Positions 31,001-49,305 of a stretch of DNA of 64,000 nt are shown here, in pieces. The stretch is from the human T2T-CHM13v2.0 reference genome, Homo sapiens. The notes below the pieces were generated by a model. That model had not been told where the DNA came from and did no database searches. It saw only the letters and a program-made list of their open reading frames with translations. Location of the stretch: NCBI RefSeq assembly GCF_009914755.1, contig NC_060928.1; one strand, given 5' to 3'. Every line of letters starts with the position of its first letter. The stretch's first letter is position 1. The translations under genes and the position numbers were made by a program.

Positions 31001-31804
31001 GTTTCCTTTTCTTTTCTTTTCTTTTTTTTTTTTTGTTTTTAACTAAAAGAGTTGACAATTTTATTTTCACATTTCCCAATACAAATGAAAACTGCATCTT
31101 TTTTCGTCCCACTTCTCCCCTCCAAAACTATTCTCTTTGATAGGGCAAGGGGGTAAGTCTTCCTTATGCAGTTAAGAAAATCCAGCATCACAGGGGCATG
31201 ATCTCCTGGTGAAGGGAACAGGTAAATATAAAACTCATATAGGCCGGGCACAGTGGCTCACGCCTGTAATCCCAGCACTCTGGGAGGCTGAGGCAAGCGA
31301 GTCACGAGGTCAGAGATTGAGACCATCCTGGCCAACATGGTGAAACCCTGTCTCTACTAAAATAAATAAAATTAGCCGGGCATGGTGTGCACGCCTGTAG
31401 TCCCAGCTACTCAGGAGACTGAGGCAGGGGAATCACTTGAACCCAGGAAGTGGAGGTTTCAGTGAGCTGAGATCGTGTCACTGCCCTCCAGCCTGGGCAG
31501 CAGAGGAAGACTCTGTCTCAAAAACAAAACAAAAAAACCCACAACAATAACAACAAAAAAACAACACTGATGTAATGAGGCCTCCCATCTATCCTTATCT
31601 GTCTGGTTGAGTCATTCTGGGCTGACTGGGCACCATCATGAGATGGGCAGGAGGTCTCATCATTGGGAACCCAGGCATCACGGACATGTGGCCTCCCATG
31701 GGCGGCCTCATTCCAGGAGCAGGTCCCACTGGCATCATCCCAGGAGGAGGAGGGCCCATCACTGGCATCATGGGAGGGCCCCCATATGGGGTGCTGCCAT
31801 CATG
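31001..31804 (-). pseudogene. SNRPCP: SNRPC (U1-C) 5'-truncated processed pseudogene with an Alu in its 3'UTR
   Basis: Minus strand reads [69 protein letters not shown]; 3'UTR with AATAAA (~31060) and poly-A (poly-T 31001-31040); N-terminal zinc finger absent. Confidence 0.94.
31242..31562 (+). mobile_element. AluS(c)-like inside the SNRPC pseudogene 3'UTR
   Basis: Alu dimer; degenerate TSD aaaactcatata / aacactgatgta. Confidence 0.93.
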
Positions 31805-32199
31805 CAGAGATGTGCGAGAAGTGTCAAATACACATTAGATTGTGAAGCCTTAATATTAAAAGAAAGCAAAGTATTTTGTCAAATTTAAAATATTTTATAC
31901 TAGTAGACCTGGTATTTTGGATAGATTTGTTTAAATGTGTGATATTATTCCAATTACCTTCACTTCTTTTGTTTTACTTTTTAAAATGTTGTTACTACAA
32001 AATGCAAAAGTAAATATGTGGCTTGCATCATATTTCATCACATTTAGTGTGGACCCTGAGGATCTAGGGGAGTTATGAGCCTTAAGCTGAGGGTGACCCA
32101 GGTCAACGTGCATTGCTCTGAAAGAGAAGCAAGGGCATAAAGAGAACGTATAAATGGAGAGAGGGAGCTCAGTCTCTCAGGGTGAGGAAAGGCTTTCTG

Positions 32200-32958
<759 letters not shown>

Positions 32959-33105
32959 AAATCTTCCTTGAAGAGATGACACTTAAGGAGAGGCCTAGGG
33001 GGTGGGATGAGTTCACTAGGTGGAGAAATGAGGAACAGCATTTCAGGGTGAGGAACAGCATAGTGAAGTCCCTGAGGTTGATAGGCATAGAGCAGATTTA
33101 AGGGG

Positions 33106-33404
<299 letters not shown>

Positions 33405-33627
33405 AGATTTAAGGGACTTTCAAGAAGTTTGTGTGGCTGAAGTCTGCAGGGCAAGCGAGAGAATCAGAAAATGAGGCTGGAGAAAGAGAGGGGCTAGGTC
33501 ATGGAGGGTCTCACATTAGGGTGTTGAAACTTCATAGGAGTGGTCCCACCTTGGGCATCCCACGTAACTACTCTGTCCCCCAGCTTCCCCACTGGTGAAA
33601 TAAAGGGCTGATGTAGGGATGGAGTGA

Positions 33628-33961
<334 letters not shown>

Positions 33962-35033
33962 GAGCTTTTATCATTGTTAACCCACACAGCAGTGGGAGCC
34001 ATTGAAAATGAGTGATCTCTTTGGATGCACCTTCTGAAGTGATTGCTTTGGTCCCTGTGAGGAGTGCAGATTGTCACAGGGCCAGGGGAAAACAGAGGCC
34101 AGTCAGTAGGCATTTGCAGTCAAACAGCTGGAGGTGATGGTGGCTTGGTTTATGGTGGTGTCAGGAGAGTGGCTGAGCAGTGAACGGATCTGAGAAAGAT
34201 TTAGGAGGTAAAACCCACGTGACTTGGTCACTGAATGTGGGTTGGGTGGGCTGGAGGGAAGGTAAGAAAGAATGAGAAGAAAAACATACGCAGGTGGGCC
34301 CTCCAGCCTAAGGTTACTTGAGGTCCCTTTGTGAAGAGGAATGTTTGTGTTGATGATGAAGATGTCTAGACTTTGAAACGCCATTTGCGGTACTTTTTTT
34401 TGTTCTTTTTTTTAACAGCCAACAACTCCTCCTTCCCTATGCCCTAAACATATGAATTTTTTTGCCCTAATTTATCAGAGAGGGATGGACGTTCATTTGC
34501 TTTAATGAGAAATGCGGAATGCCGTTAAGAAAGCATATTAAATTAATCTGGATTGCTGGGAGGGAGTTAAATCTGTTTAGATGTGCACCAGTGTTACTAT
34601 AATAGTTTGGTCTAAACCCATTTCTGGCCTGCGGCTGCAGGAGGTTGACTCCCAGCTTGCTTTCATTTGAAAGATCCCAGCAACAAGCACATTTGGCATT
34701 TCCAGCCAAACCCACTTTGTGCAGCGAAGGAAAAAGTTGAGGAGTGCCTCTGTTGTTTTCCCCCAAATCATTTGGCAGAAATGTGGCTGGGAGCTTCATT
34801 GCTGATGTTTTCAGTTTTAATATTGCTGTGGAAAGCCTGTACCAACACTCAGCCATGTTATTCATCCACATCTCCAGTCTGGGCTGTGATTTGTTTTTCC
34901 TTTGAGTGACACAACCTTATTTTCCATTAAGACTCAATGCAAATAGACACTCATGCACCATCACCATCACTCCCCCTGCTTGGCGGAGGGAAGACAATGG
35001 AGTGATTCTAGTTTGGTGTTCATATTGGAGGGT

Positions 35034-35333
<300 letters not shown>

Positions 35334-35437
35334 TGGAGTTGTTTTTAAAAGCACGTTTCTCTCAAATTAAAGCCAGGGTGTCCCACTGTGACTTGGGCAA
35401 AGGTTTGGATTTTCTGGAGGTGGAAAGTCAAACTTCA

Positions 35438-35695
<258 letters not shown>

Positions 35696-35864
35696 TCAGC
35701 TGACTGAAGATAAAATCGGTCATGCTGTGTTGGGATTGGGGTTGCTGTTATCATACCTCATCCCCACCCCTGCTTGGCATCCACAAATAGTCATCTTCAA
35801 TGAGACATCCCTCCTGCCCCTGGCTGCCTTATTTCATCTGCACCCAACCATATCCATTGCTTGT

Positions 35865-36822
<958 letters not shown>

Positions 36823-37153
36823 TTACTTGTGTTGTTTTCTAGCCTGCCTTTGACTTTCAATTTCCCTTCACGTCTTTGGGGGGTAATTTTTACAATGCAG
36901 TCTAACAACCAGCTGCCTCAAAATGCACTGGGATCCCTGGTAACCAGGTAGCTCCCCATCTCCAACTCTGACCTGCCAAGTCAGAATCTTGTGGGTGGGG
37001 CCGAGGACTGTACATATTGAAACAGGCAGTCACCTGGGAACTATTTCTGAACACCCCTATGTTTCCCCTGTGTTTGCCCTTTCCTTTCACATTTGGACCC
37101 CTTTGTGTGCTGACCACAGGGCTGTTTCATGGGGACATAGCATAAAAAAGACA

Positions 37154-37452
37154 GGCCAGGTGCAGTGGCTCACGCCTGTAATCCCAGCACTTTGGGAGGC
37201 CGAGGTAGGCAGATCACTTGAGGCCAGGAGTTCAAGATCTGCCTGTCCAACATGACAAAACCCCGTCTCTACCAAAAATACAAAATTAGCTGGGTGTGGT
37301 GATGCACGCCTTTGATCCCAGCTACTCAGGAGGCTGAGGCTGGAGAATCCCTTGAGCCCAGGAGGCAGAGACTGCAGTGAGCCGAGATCGCACCATTACA
37401 CTACAGCCTGGGTGACAGAGTGAGACTCTTAAAAAAAAAAAAACAACAACAA
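37154..37452 (+). mobile_element. AluS-like
   Basis: Alu dimer with A-tail. Confidence 0.94.
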
Positions 37453-37737
37453 CACGGAGATGCTCCTTCCTTTATGGAGCTCTCAGTAAAACAAGAAAGT
37501 TCACGATGTCCTGGCATTTGTCAGAAATACATTTGGTATATGTAGCTGGGGTCACATGCTTGATATGCCTATTGAAAGCTTCTGGGTAGGAAGAGAACAA
37601 TCATCACAGCATCACGGCCTGGCATAACTGTCTCCCAGGACAGGTCTCCCTGGGGAGACTGAGACCACAACTCTGAAATCAGAGCTCAAATCCACGTTCT
37701 ACATTTCCCTCAGTAATGTACATGATGTAAGACAGTT

Positions 37738-38185
37738 TTTATATTAGTTATCTGTTGCTGTGCAACAATATTACTGCAAACTTTGTGACTTGAGACAGCA
37801 CACAGTTATCACTGCACAGTTTCTGTGGGTCAGGAATCCAGGAGTGACTCAGCTGGGTTCAGTGCAAGGCTGCAGCCATAGTGTCAGCCAGGGTTCGGTA
37901 CTCATCTGGAGGCTTGACTGGTGATTGATCTGCTTCCCATCTCATCTGATTGTTGGCAGCATTCAGTTCCTTGCAGGCTGTTGGACACAGGGCCCCAGTT
38001 TCTTGCTGCCCTCAGCTTCTTGCCATATGGGCCTCTCCATCTGGCCGCTCATGACATGGCAGCTCACATCTTCAAAGCCAGCAAGACAGACAGCCTCCTA
38101 GCAAGATAACTTAACGTCCTATCTAACGTAATCACTACATCCCGTCACCTCTGCCATGTTCTCTTGGTTATAAGAAAGTCATAGA
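37738..38185 (-). mobile_element. MLT1 (MaLR) LTR, cut at the L1 junction
   Basis: tattagttatctgttgctgtgcaacaa...cagtttctgtgggtcaggaatccaggagtgactcagctggg. Confidence 0.75.
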
Positions 38186-38187
38186 TC

Positions 38188-39158
38188 CCTTTGTCAGATG
38201 AATAGATTGCAAAAATTTTCTCCCATTCTGTAGGTTGCCTGTTCACTCTCATGGTAGTTTCTTTTGCTGTGCAGAAGCTCTTTAGTTTAATTAGATCCCA
38301 TTAGTCAATTTTGGCTTTTGTTGCCATTGCTTTTGGTGTTTTAGACATGAAGTTCTTTCCCATGCCTATGTCCTGAATGGTATTGCCTGGGTTTTCTTCC
38401 AGGGTTTTTGTGGTTTTAGGTCTAACATATAAGTCTTTAATCCATCTTGAATTAATTTTAGTATAAGGTGTAAGGAAGGGATCCAGTTTCAGCTTTCTCC
38501 ATGTGGGTAGCCAGTTTTCCCAGCACCATTTATTAAATAGGGAATCCTTTCCCTATTTCTTGTTTTTGTCAGGTTTGTCAAAGATCAGATAGTTGTAGAT
38601 GTGTGGCATTATTTCTGAGGGCTCTGTACTGTTCCATTGGTCTATATCTCTGTTTTGGTACAAGTATCATGCTGTTTTGGTTACTGTAGCCTTGTAGTAT
38701 AGTTTGAAGTCAGGTAGTGTGATGCCTCCAGCTTTGTTCTTTTGGCTTAGGATTGACTTGGCAATGTGGGCTCTTTTTTGGTTCTGCATGAACTTTAAAG
38801 TAGTTTTTTCCAATTCTGTGGAGGAAGTCATTGGTAGCTTGATGGGGATGGCATTGAATCTATAAATTACCTTGGGCAGTATGGCAATTTTCATGATATT
38901 AGTTCTTCCTACCCATGAGCATGGAATGTTTTTCCATTTGTTTGTATACTCTTTTATTTCCTTGAGCAGTGGTTTGTAGTTCTCCTTGAAGAGGTCCTTC
39001 ACATCCCTTGTAAGTTGGATTCCTAGGTATTTTATTCCCTTTGAAGCAATTGTGAATGGGAGTTCACTCATGATTTGGCTCTCTGTTTGTCTGTTATTGG
39101 TGTATAAGAATGCTTGTGATTTTTGCACATTGATTTTGTATCCTGAGACTCTGCTGAA
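38188..39158 (-). mobile_element. Internal L1PA ORF2 fragment (no 3'UTR, no poly-A)
   Basis: ORF 38667..39209: [70 protein letters not shown], close to L1PA ORF2p. Confidence 0.93.
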
Positions 39159-39187
39159 TTTTGGTATTTTTAGTAGAGATGGGGTTT

Positions 39188-39322
39188 GCTGAATGAAGCC
39201 CCCAGTCACATACTCTCTGCTTGATCAATCGATCACGACCCTCTCACAGAGACCCCCTTAGAGTTGTGAGCCCTTAAAAGGGACAGGAATTGCTCACTTG
39301 GGGAGCTGGATTGTTGGAGATG
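39188..39322 (+). mobile_element. LTR2-like (HERV-E/Harlequin) LTR fragment
   Basis: caatcgatcacgaccctctcac...cccccttagagttgtgagcccttaaaagggacaggaattgctcact. Confidence 0.75.
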
Positions 39323-39478
39323 TGCACCACCATGCCCAGCTAATTTTTGTATTTTTAGTAGAGACGGGGTTTCATCATGTTGGTTGGCTAGGATAGTCTC
39401 GCTCTCTTGACCTCGTGATCCACCCACCTCGGCCTCCCAAAGTGCTGGCATTACAGGCATGAGCCACTGCACCCAGCC
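39322..39478 (-). mobile_element. Alu left arm and linker (truncated)
   Basis: Reverse Alu lacking most of the right arm and tail. Confidence 0.88.
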
Positions 39479-39623
39479 CAGAGAAGGCTTTTCATACTTG
39501 CTTCGCAGCCTCCTGCATGCTACCCCAGCACCAGGCGCTCACCACCTGTGTGCTGGGCTCATCCGTGATCTTCTCTCCCCAGGCCTGCTGTTCCTCGAGA
39601 AAGGAAGTTGTGAGAAAGGAAGT

Positions 39624-40191
39624 TGTTATGGGCAGAATTCTAGGACAGCCCCCAAGAGACCCACTCTCTTATATCTGCTCCCTGTATCACCTCTTCTTCT
39701 TGAGTGTGTGCAGAGCTTGTGATTTGGACAAGGGGAAGGAATTTTGCAAATGTGATTATGGTCACACTTGCTTTGTTAAGCACATTTGCTCAGCTGACTT
39801 TGAGTTCATCCAAAGCAGGATGACCTTAGGTGGGCCAGACCTAATCAGGTGAGCCTTTTAAAGGTGAACTTTCACAGATTCAACCCTTAGCCTCCAAGGA
39901 GACACAAATGGCCATGTTGTGAGCTGTCTTTGGAGGTGGCAGCTCTAGGAGCTAAGGGCCTTCGTTCAACAGTTGCAAGAAATTGAATTCAATCCACAAA
40001 CTGAATAAGCTTAGAAGAGGACCCTGAGCATCTGAGGAGACCCCAGCTCCAGCTGACACTCTGGTTGCAGTATTGTGACCCTGAATAGAAGACCCAGTTA
40101 AACCCTGTCCATGAAAACAGATAATAACTGGGTGATGTTTTAAGCTGCTCAGTTTGCACTGGTAAATCCACCAACAGGAAAGTAATATACA
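39624..40191 (+). mobile_element. MLT1 (MaLR) LTR
   Basis: tgttatgggcagaattctagga...ggtgggccagacctaatcaggtgagcctttt...tttaagctgctcagtttg...aatataca. Confidence 0.78.
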
Positions 40192-40200
40192 AGTTAAGTG

Positions 40201-40500
40201 GGCCGGGCGTGGTGGCTCATGCCTGTAATCCCAACACTTTGGGAGGCTAAGGAGGGTGGATCACGAGGTCAAGAGATCAACACCATCCTGGCCAACATGA
40301 TGAAACCCTGTCTCTACTAAAAATACAAAAATTAGCCAGGCGTGGTGGCATGCACCTGTAGTCCCAGCTACTCAGGAGACTGAGGCAGGAGAATCACTTG
40401 AACCCAGGAGGTGGAGGTTGCAGTGACCTGGGACCATGGCACTGCACTCCAACCTGGGCAACAGAGAGAGACTCCATCTCAAAAAAAATAAATAAATAAA
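40201..40500 (+). mobile_element. AluSc-like
   Basis: Alu dimer. Confidence 0.94.
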
Positions 40501-40875
40501 TAGAAGTAGTTAAACGAATACTTTTGACCATTGATGGAAGTTGCTTTCATTCCCTCTTACTTAATCATCTTTATCTTAGCCCTGAAAGAGGGATGCTTTA
40601 ACCCCATTTGTAACAAGTGAGTCTGAGGCCCAAGAAAGTGATAGAATTTAGCAAAATCCACCTTGCTACCTGGTGGCCCCAGCTAGAACTCAGCCCCAGG
40701 TCCATATACCTAAAGTCATTACAACATCCACTAAAATTTTGCCCCTCTCTCCATGCCTTTCTCTTTAGAAGCCTGTTCCTTCAAGGATAGATCCCAACCC
40801 AGTGTTACAAGGTACTGAACTCTGATTTTCACAAAATAGAGTAACTACCCCCCAAAATTAATAACAGTATTTTTG

Positions 40876-41301
<426 letters not shown>

Positions 41302-41439
41302 TCACACAGCCAAAGAGCTGTAGAAGCAGTACAGGAATCCCAGCAAACTCACAGCCAAGCTCTGCTTTTCACCTTCACATCATACTGTCCTCAGACTAAA
41401 ACCCTAACTCTGGCCTTCCGAATCAAAAATCATACTCAA

Positions 41440-41742
41440 GGCTGGGTGCGGCAGCTCACGCCTGTCATCTCAGCACTTTGGGAGGCCAAGGCAGGTGGAT
41501 CACCTGAGGTCAGGAGTTCCAGATCAGCCAGGCCAACATGGTGAAACCCCATCTCTACTAAAACTACAAAACTTAGCCAGTCGCGGTGGTGGGTGTCTGT
41601 AATCCCAGTACTTTGGGAGACTGGGGCACGAAAATCACTTGAACCCAGGAGGCAGAAGTTGCAGTGATCCATGATCATGCCACTGCACTCCAGCCTGAGC
41701 AACAGAGTGAGACTCTATCTCAAAAAAAAAAATAATAATAAT
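41440..41742 (+). mobile_element. AluS-like
   Basis: Alu dimer. Confidence 0.93.
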
Positions 41743-42148
41743 AGCTTGGAAGTGCACATATCTTCTCTGAAGGTTGATGGACTACAATTAGCTTCAAAAC
41801 ACCAATAAGTAACTGCGCTTAAATGAGGCCTTCTGTGTAATAGCTAGGGAAAATCAATGTAGCTATTCATATTTTGGTTCCCCTTCCAGGCACAGAGAAG
41901 TTGTCCATGACTCTGTGATCCGTGTTTTCCAATGAACCATGAGCAGGGGCAACTTGAGTCACCTCCAGGTGGAAGTGTTTAGAGGCTCTGTGATCCACCA
42001 CATTCCCTTTCCCCTGAAGTGGTGATCAAGGACACATGCAGAGATGGGGCTTTTGTCAGCCTGGATCCCTGAGTGAACACAATGAACAGACCACCCCACA
42101 ATGCCCTAACACAGCCCAGACATTCAACGTGACCAAGAACAAGCCTCA

Positions 42149-42444
<296 letters not shown>

Positions 42445-43029
42445 ATACGTCACTGCATGGTGCCACTGAGATTTGGGGATTGTTGTTACTGCATCAGAAC
42501 CCAAATCATCCTGACCACTAGACTGTCTTAACTAGGGTTTCTTACCAAAAGCAAAGGCATTTTTAAAGTTCGTGACATGTAAACAAAAGAGCACATACCA
42601 ATATCTGTCACTTTGTCAGGCTAAGAAACCCAAACAAAGCCAACAGTCAGAAGTTAAAAGAAACAGATCATTAGGTTGAAAACAGAACTGTGAAAACAGG
42701 CACAATTGACTTCATTTAGTGACTGCAAAGAACATCAGGCAAGACACAGGTGTGGTATATGACACACAGGTGTGGTCATATCATTATGCTTAATTGCACA
42801 TGTTTGACTAAGAAAAGCACAAAGTATTTAAGCTCATCTGTAGTTCAAACTGCCTATCCGTGTATTTGTCCATTCATCCTGATTCATTTATTGAGCAATT
42901 CTTTTGTGCCAGGCACTGTGCTGGGTGCTGGTAATGCAATGATGAAGATGGCAGGCATGACTCTGCCCTCCAGGAGTTTCTAGGATGCTGAGGGAGACAA
43001 ACAAAAAATAAGTAAATCCATGAAAGAAG

Positions 43030-44110
43030 TATTGGTGGGACCTGCCCCCAATATTTCAACATAGGTTCTTTCTATTTTCCATAAATGTCAGCCAGCTGAG
43101 AAATAAAGAGACAGTACAAAGAGAGGCATTTTACAGCTGAACCACTGGGGGTGACATTACATATTGGTAGGACCATGATGCCCCCTGAGTCTCAGACCAG
43201 CAAGTTTTTATTAAGGGTTTCAAAAGGGGAAGGGGTGTAAGAAGAGGGAGTAGGTACAAAGATCACATGTTTCAAAGGGCAAAAAGCAGAACTACTAGTA
43301 AGGGTCTAACAAAGATCACATGCTTCTGAGGGAACAGGACAAAGGCAAAAGCAGAACTACTGATAAGGGTCCAGCAAAGATCACAAAGCAAAAGCCAAAA
43401 GCAGAACCACTGATAAGGGTCTATGTTCAGCAGTGCACGTATTGTCTTGATAAACATCTTAAACAATAGAAAATGGAGTTCAAGTGCAGAGAACTAGTCT
43501 GACCACAAATTTACCAGGGTGGAGTTTTTCCCCACCCTAGTAAGCCTTTGGGTACTGCAGGAGACCAGGGCGTATCTCAGTCCTTATCTCAACAGCATAA
43601 GACAGACATTCCCAGAGCGGCCATTTATTGACCTCACCCCAGGAATGCATTCAGTTCCCAGCGTATTAATATTAATATTCCTTGCTAGGAGAAGAATTTA
43701 GTTGTATCTCTCCTACTTGCATGTCCGTTTATAGACTCTTTGCAAGAAGAAACATATGGCTCTTATTGCCCAACCCTGCAGGCAGTCAGACCTTATGGTT
43801 GTCTTCCCTTGTTCCCTAAGAATCGCTGTTTTTCTCTTCTTTTTCAAGGTGCACTGATTTCATATTGTTGAAACACACGTTTTACAATCAGTTTGTACAG
43901 TTAACAAAATTTTCACAGTGGTCCTGAGGTGATGTACATCCTCAGCTTATGAATATAACAGGATTAAGAGATTAAAGTAAAGACAGGCATAAGAAATTAC
44001 AAAAGCATTATTTGGGAACTGATAAATGTCCATGAAATCTTCACAATTTATGTTCCTCTGCCGTGGCTCCAGCCAGTCCCTCCATTTGGGGTCCCTGACT
44101 TCCCACAACA
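43030..44110 (-). mobile_element. MER11 (HERV-K11/HML-8) solo LTR
   Basis: Minus strand starts tgttgtgggaagtcagggaccccaaatggagggactggctggagcc; characteristic internal aaagatcaca/gcagaactactgataagggtc repeats; near-TSD agaagt/agaaat; inserted in L2. Confidence 0.92.
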
Positions 44111-45131
<1,021 letters not shown>

Positions 45132-46186
45132 ATGAGTTTGGCTTTGGATGTAACAAGGTTGAGGTGTTCATGAGTTGACAAGTGGAAAAAACAAGAAAGA
45201 AGTTGCGTGTTTAAGACTGCTGTTTGAAGGAGAAGTTTAGCCTCCAGACAAAAGTTCAGGACTCATCAGCTGAGAAATGGCACCGAAAATTATGCAAATA
45301 GATGAGCTCAGCTAGCAAACAAGTCCAGAGAGAGCAAAAAGTCCAGAGAGAGCAGCACTGGGCCATGCACCTGGCCTAATGTCACCCCACTCCTCCCAAT
45401 CCCTGTGTTATGCTGGAGAGGGTTCAGCCTCTGGTGAGTTTCACCAAACCCTCACATCTCTTTCTTCTGAGACCTTCTCTAAGATCCCCTCTTTTATACT
45501 TAGTGAAATGGGATTCTCTTTTTCCCATCCAGCTTAAGCAAAAACTTTTGACTATGAGAAGAATGAGGATGCATTTAGTATCTGTTCTGCACAGCTAAGT
45601 CCATCAAAGATTTCTCATTATTCACGCCTGGCAGTCTCATTTTCTCCTTTCACCTCTCAGAGCACAGTCGTAGCCTTAATTACTGAGTTTTTCACCCCTC
45701 TAACACTAGCGATTTCCCTCATCTCAGTTCTCAGGAAGTTCTGTTCACAGATTTATCTCCTGAATCCTCACCTGGGGATAGAAATTGTTCTCTGTGGCCA
45801 TGTCTTCCCCTCTAATTCTTATCAAAAAACACAGTGATCTCTGTGCATCAAATATTAAGCTCAAGCTTAACAGATCATGCTTCTGGCTTCTCTCTCTCTC
45901 TGGCTTGTGGGTTAACAGGTTTGCAACCTTTGCAGAGAAGCCACCAAATTCTCAGTAGGCCAGAGTTTCCAAGGGTGCTGGTCACTCTTGCTCTTTTTCT
46001 CCTGCTGGAAATTCAGCACTAGAGAGTGTTACACCATTGCACCTGCAGAGGAGTTCATCTGACTCCAGGGACTACAGAGGAGGGAGGCGGGTAAACTAAC
46101 AGGCATTCAGAAAATGGCTACCACAATGGGGAAGAAAATGAAAGTCAAACCAAATAAGCAATGGTCAAAAAAAAAAAAATCTAGAG

Positions 46187-47320
<1,134 letters not shown>

Positions 47321-48074
47321 TCTTGAAAAAGAAGGGAGGGAAGAGGAGAGGAGGAAGGCAGGAAGGAGCAGAGAGGGACACGGGGCTGTATTCAAACATC
47401 TGTTGTTAAGAAAGAGAAATTCAAAGTATCTGGCATGGCCCAAGTTATCAAACTAGGAGCACTCCATTGAAGTTTCAGGACAAACACTGTGCTGAATATA
47501 AGGATGACCCCATCTGTAATGCCTAACTTTGTTTTTATTAACTTTGTTCTTAGACTTTCCTTTTCTTTTAATCACTTAGCCTTGTTTCTACCTGAATTGA
47601 CTGTCTTTTAGCTAAGAGAGCTAGACAGACTTTATCTTGGCTCTTTCACCGGCAGCCCCTTCCCTCAAGGACTTAACCTGTGCAAGCTGACTCTTAGCAC
47701 ATCTAAGAATGCAATTAACTGATAAGATACTGTGGCGAGCAATATCCGCAGTTCCCAGGAATTCGTCCGATTGATAATGCCTAAAGCCCCGCATCTATCA
47801 CTTTGTAATAGTCTTAAACCCCTTAGACCTAGAACTGTTTACTTTCCTGTAATAATTTATCCTTTTAACTTTTTTGCCTACTTTACTTCTGTAAAATTCT
47901 TTTAACTAGACCCCCTTCCCCTTTCTAAACTAAAGTATAAAAGAAAATCTAGCCCCTTCTTCGGGGCCAAGAGAACTTTAAGCATTAGCCGTCTCTTGGC
48001 CGCCGGCTAAAGAAACAGACTCTTAATTCACCTCAAAGTGTGGCATTTTCTCTAACTCGCTCAAGTACAACATT

Positions 48075-48092
48075 TGGAGGCCCGAGCAAGAA
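48075..48092 (+). promoter_or_regulatory. Primer-binding site complementary to tRNA-Thr
   Basis: tggaggcccgagcaagaa immediately after the 5' LTR; resembles the reverse complement of the tRNA-Thr(TGT) 3' end (TGGAGGCCCCAGCGAGGA, recalled). Confidence 0.8.
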
Positions 48093-49305
48093 ACGCCACC
48101 AGGCGAGAGCCGGGTTAGCTCCGGGCCTGCTGCGGGCTCCCCCGGAAGGACGGCCGGCTTGTAGTGGGGGCGCCACCTGAAAAAAAATTTTCAGGTCCCC
48201 GAAAGGTGACCATCTTCCAAAGGAGAGCGGATCGACTACTGTGTGGGTGCCCACAAAAATTCCACCTCTGAGTCCTCAACTTCTGACCCCAAGGTCAGGT
48301 AGGTCAGATCTGACTTCAGTTCTAGTAAGAGGGAAGCGGCCCTGATGAGGGCGTCCCTCTTTTGACTCTGCCCGTTTCTTTAGGACGCTAGAAGGTAGAG
48401 CTCTGGTTTTCTGTTAGGCACCTCTGTGTCTCTGTCTAGGAGGGAACTGGCCCTGACAGGGACCCTCTCTTGACTCAGTCCACATCCCAGGATGCTGGAG
48501 GACTGAGTCCTGGTTTCTGGCAGGCCAGTCACTCTCTCTCTCTCTTTTCCTATCTCTAGTCTTTCTCTTGTTCAAGTTTCTTGAAGAATCTCCAAGAAAG
48601 AAAAAAAAAAACTGTTATAAACTCTGTGTGAATAATGAATGAATGAGGGAGGACAAGGGCTTGCGCTTGTCCTCCAGTTTGTAGCTACACGGCGAAAGCT
48701 ACGGAGTTCAAGTGGGCCCTCACCTGCGGTTCCGTGGCGACCTCATAAGGCTTAAGGCAGCATCAGGCACAGCTCGATCCGAGGTGGAAGTTTATACCGG
48801 CCTGCCAATGCTAAGAGGAGCCCAAGTCCCCTCAGCGGGAGCGGCCAGGCAGGCATCTGACTGATACCATCACAGGACCCCCTCCCCTTGTCTGTCTAAA
48901 AAAAAAAAAAAAAAAAAAGGGACAAACTGTCATAACTGTTTACATGCCCTAAAGTCAATTGTTTATGTTGCTTGTTCTGTTCAGTGTCTATTGTCTTGTT
49001 AGTAGTTGTGAAAGTTTTCATGTCAAGACGGTGATATTGCCCAAGACGTCTAAGTAAAAACTTCTTCAAAGTCCTTAGTGCTGATTTTTTGTCACAGGAT
49101 GTTAAATTTCTCATCAATCATTTAGGCTGACCACCACAGTCCTGTCTTTTCTGCCAGAAGGAAGTCAAGTGTTGTTACAAGAACAAGTGTGAAAAACATT
49201 TTCCTGATTAAGATTTCTAGCACCATGAAAGTTGTAAGTATTTAGATTGTCGTACCCCACGTCCAAGTGATTAGACCTCCTCTAAAGTAAACCAGTAGTA
49301 AGTTC

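Noticed and set aside
31607-31888. His-rich and Gly-rich + strand ORFs
   Set aside because: Antisense frames of the SNRPC pseudogene.
38667-39209. Longest ORF (180 aa)
   Set aside because: Internal L1 ORF2 fragment whose start comes from the Alu/LTR2 junction; no promoter, endonuclease or complete RT.
43255-43425. Three spaced repeats (aaagatcaca...gcagaactactgataagggtc) resembling a CRISPR array
   Set aside because: Intrinsic tandem repeats of the MER11 LTR; no unique spacers or cas genes; eukaryotic context.
48075-48092. tRNA-like sequence
   Set aside because: Only an 18-nt retroviral primer-binding site, not a tRNA gene.
48080-48250. CpG-rich patch suggesting a host gene promoter
   Set aside because: It is the proviral leader/packaging region directly after the PBS.
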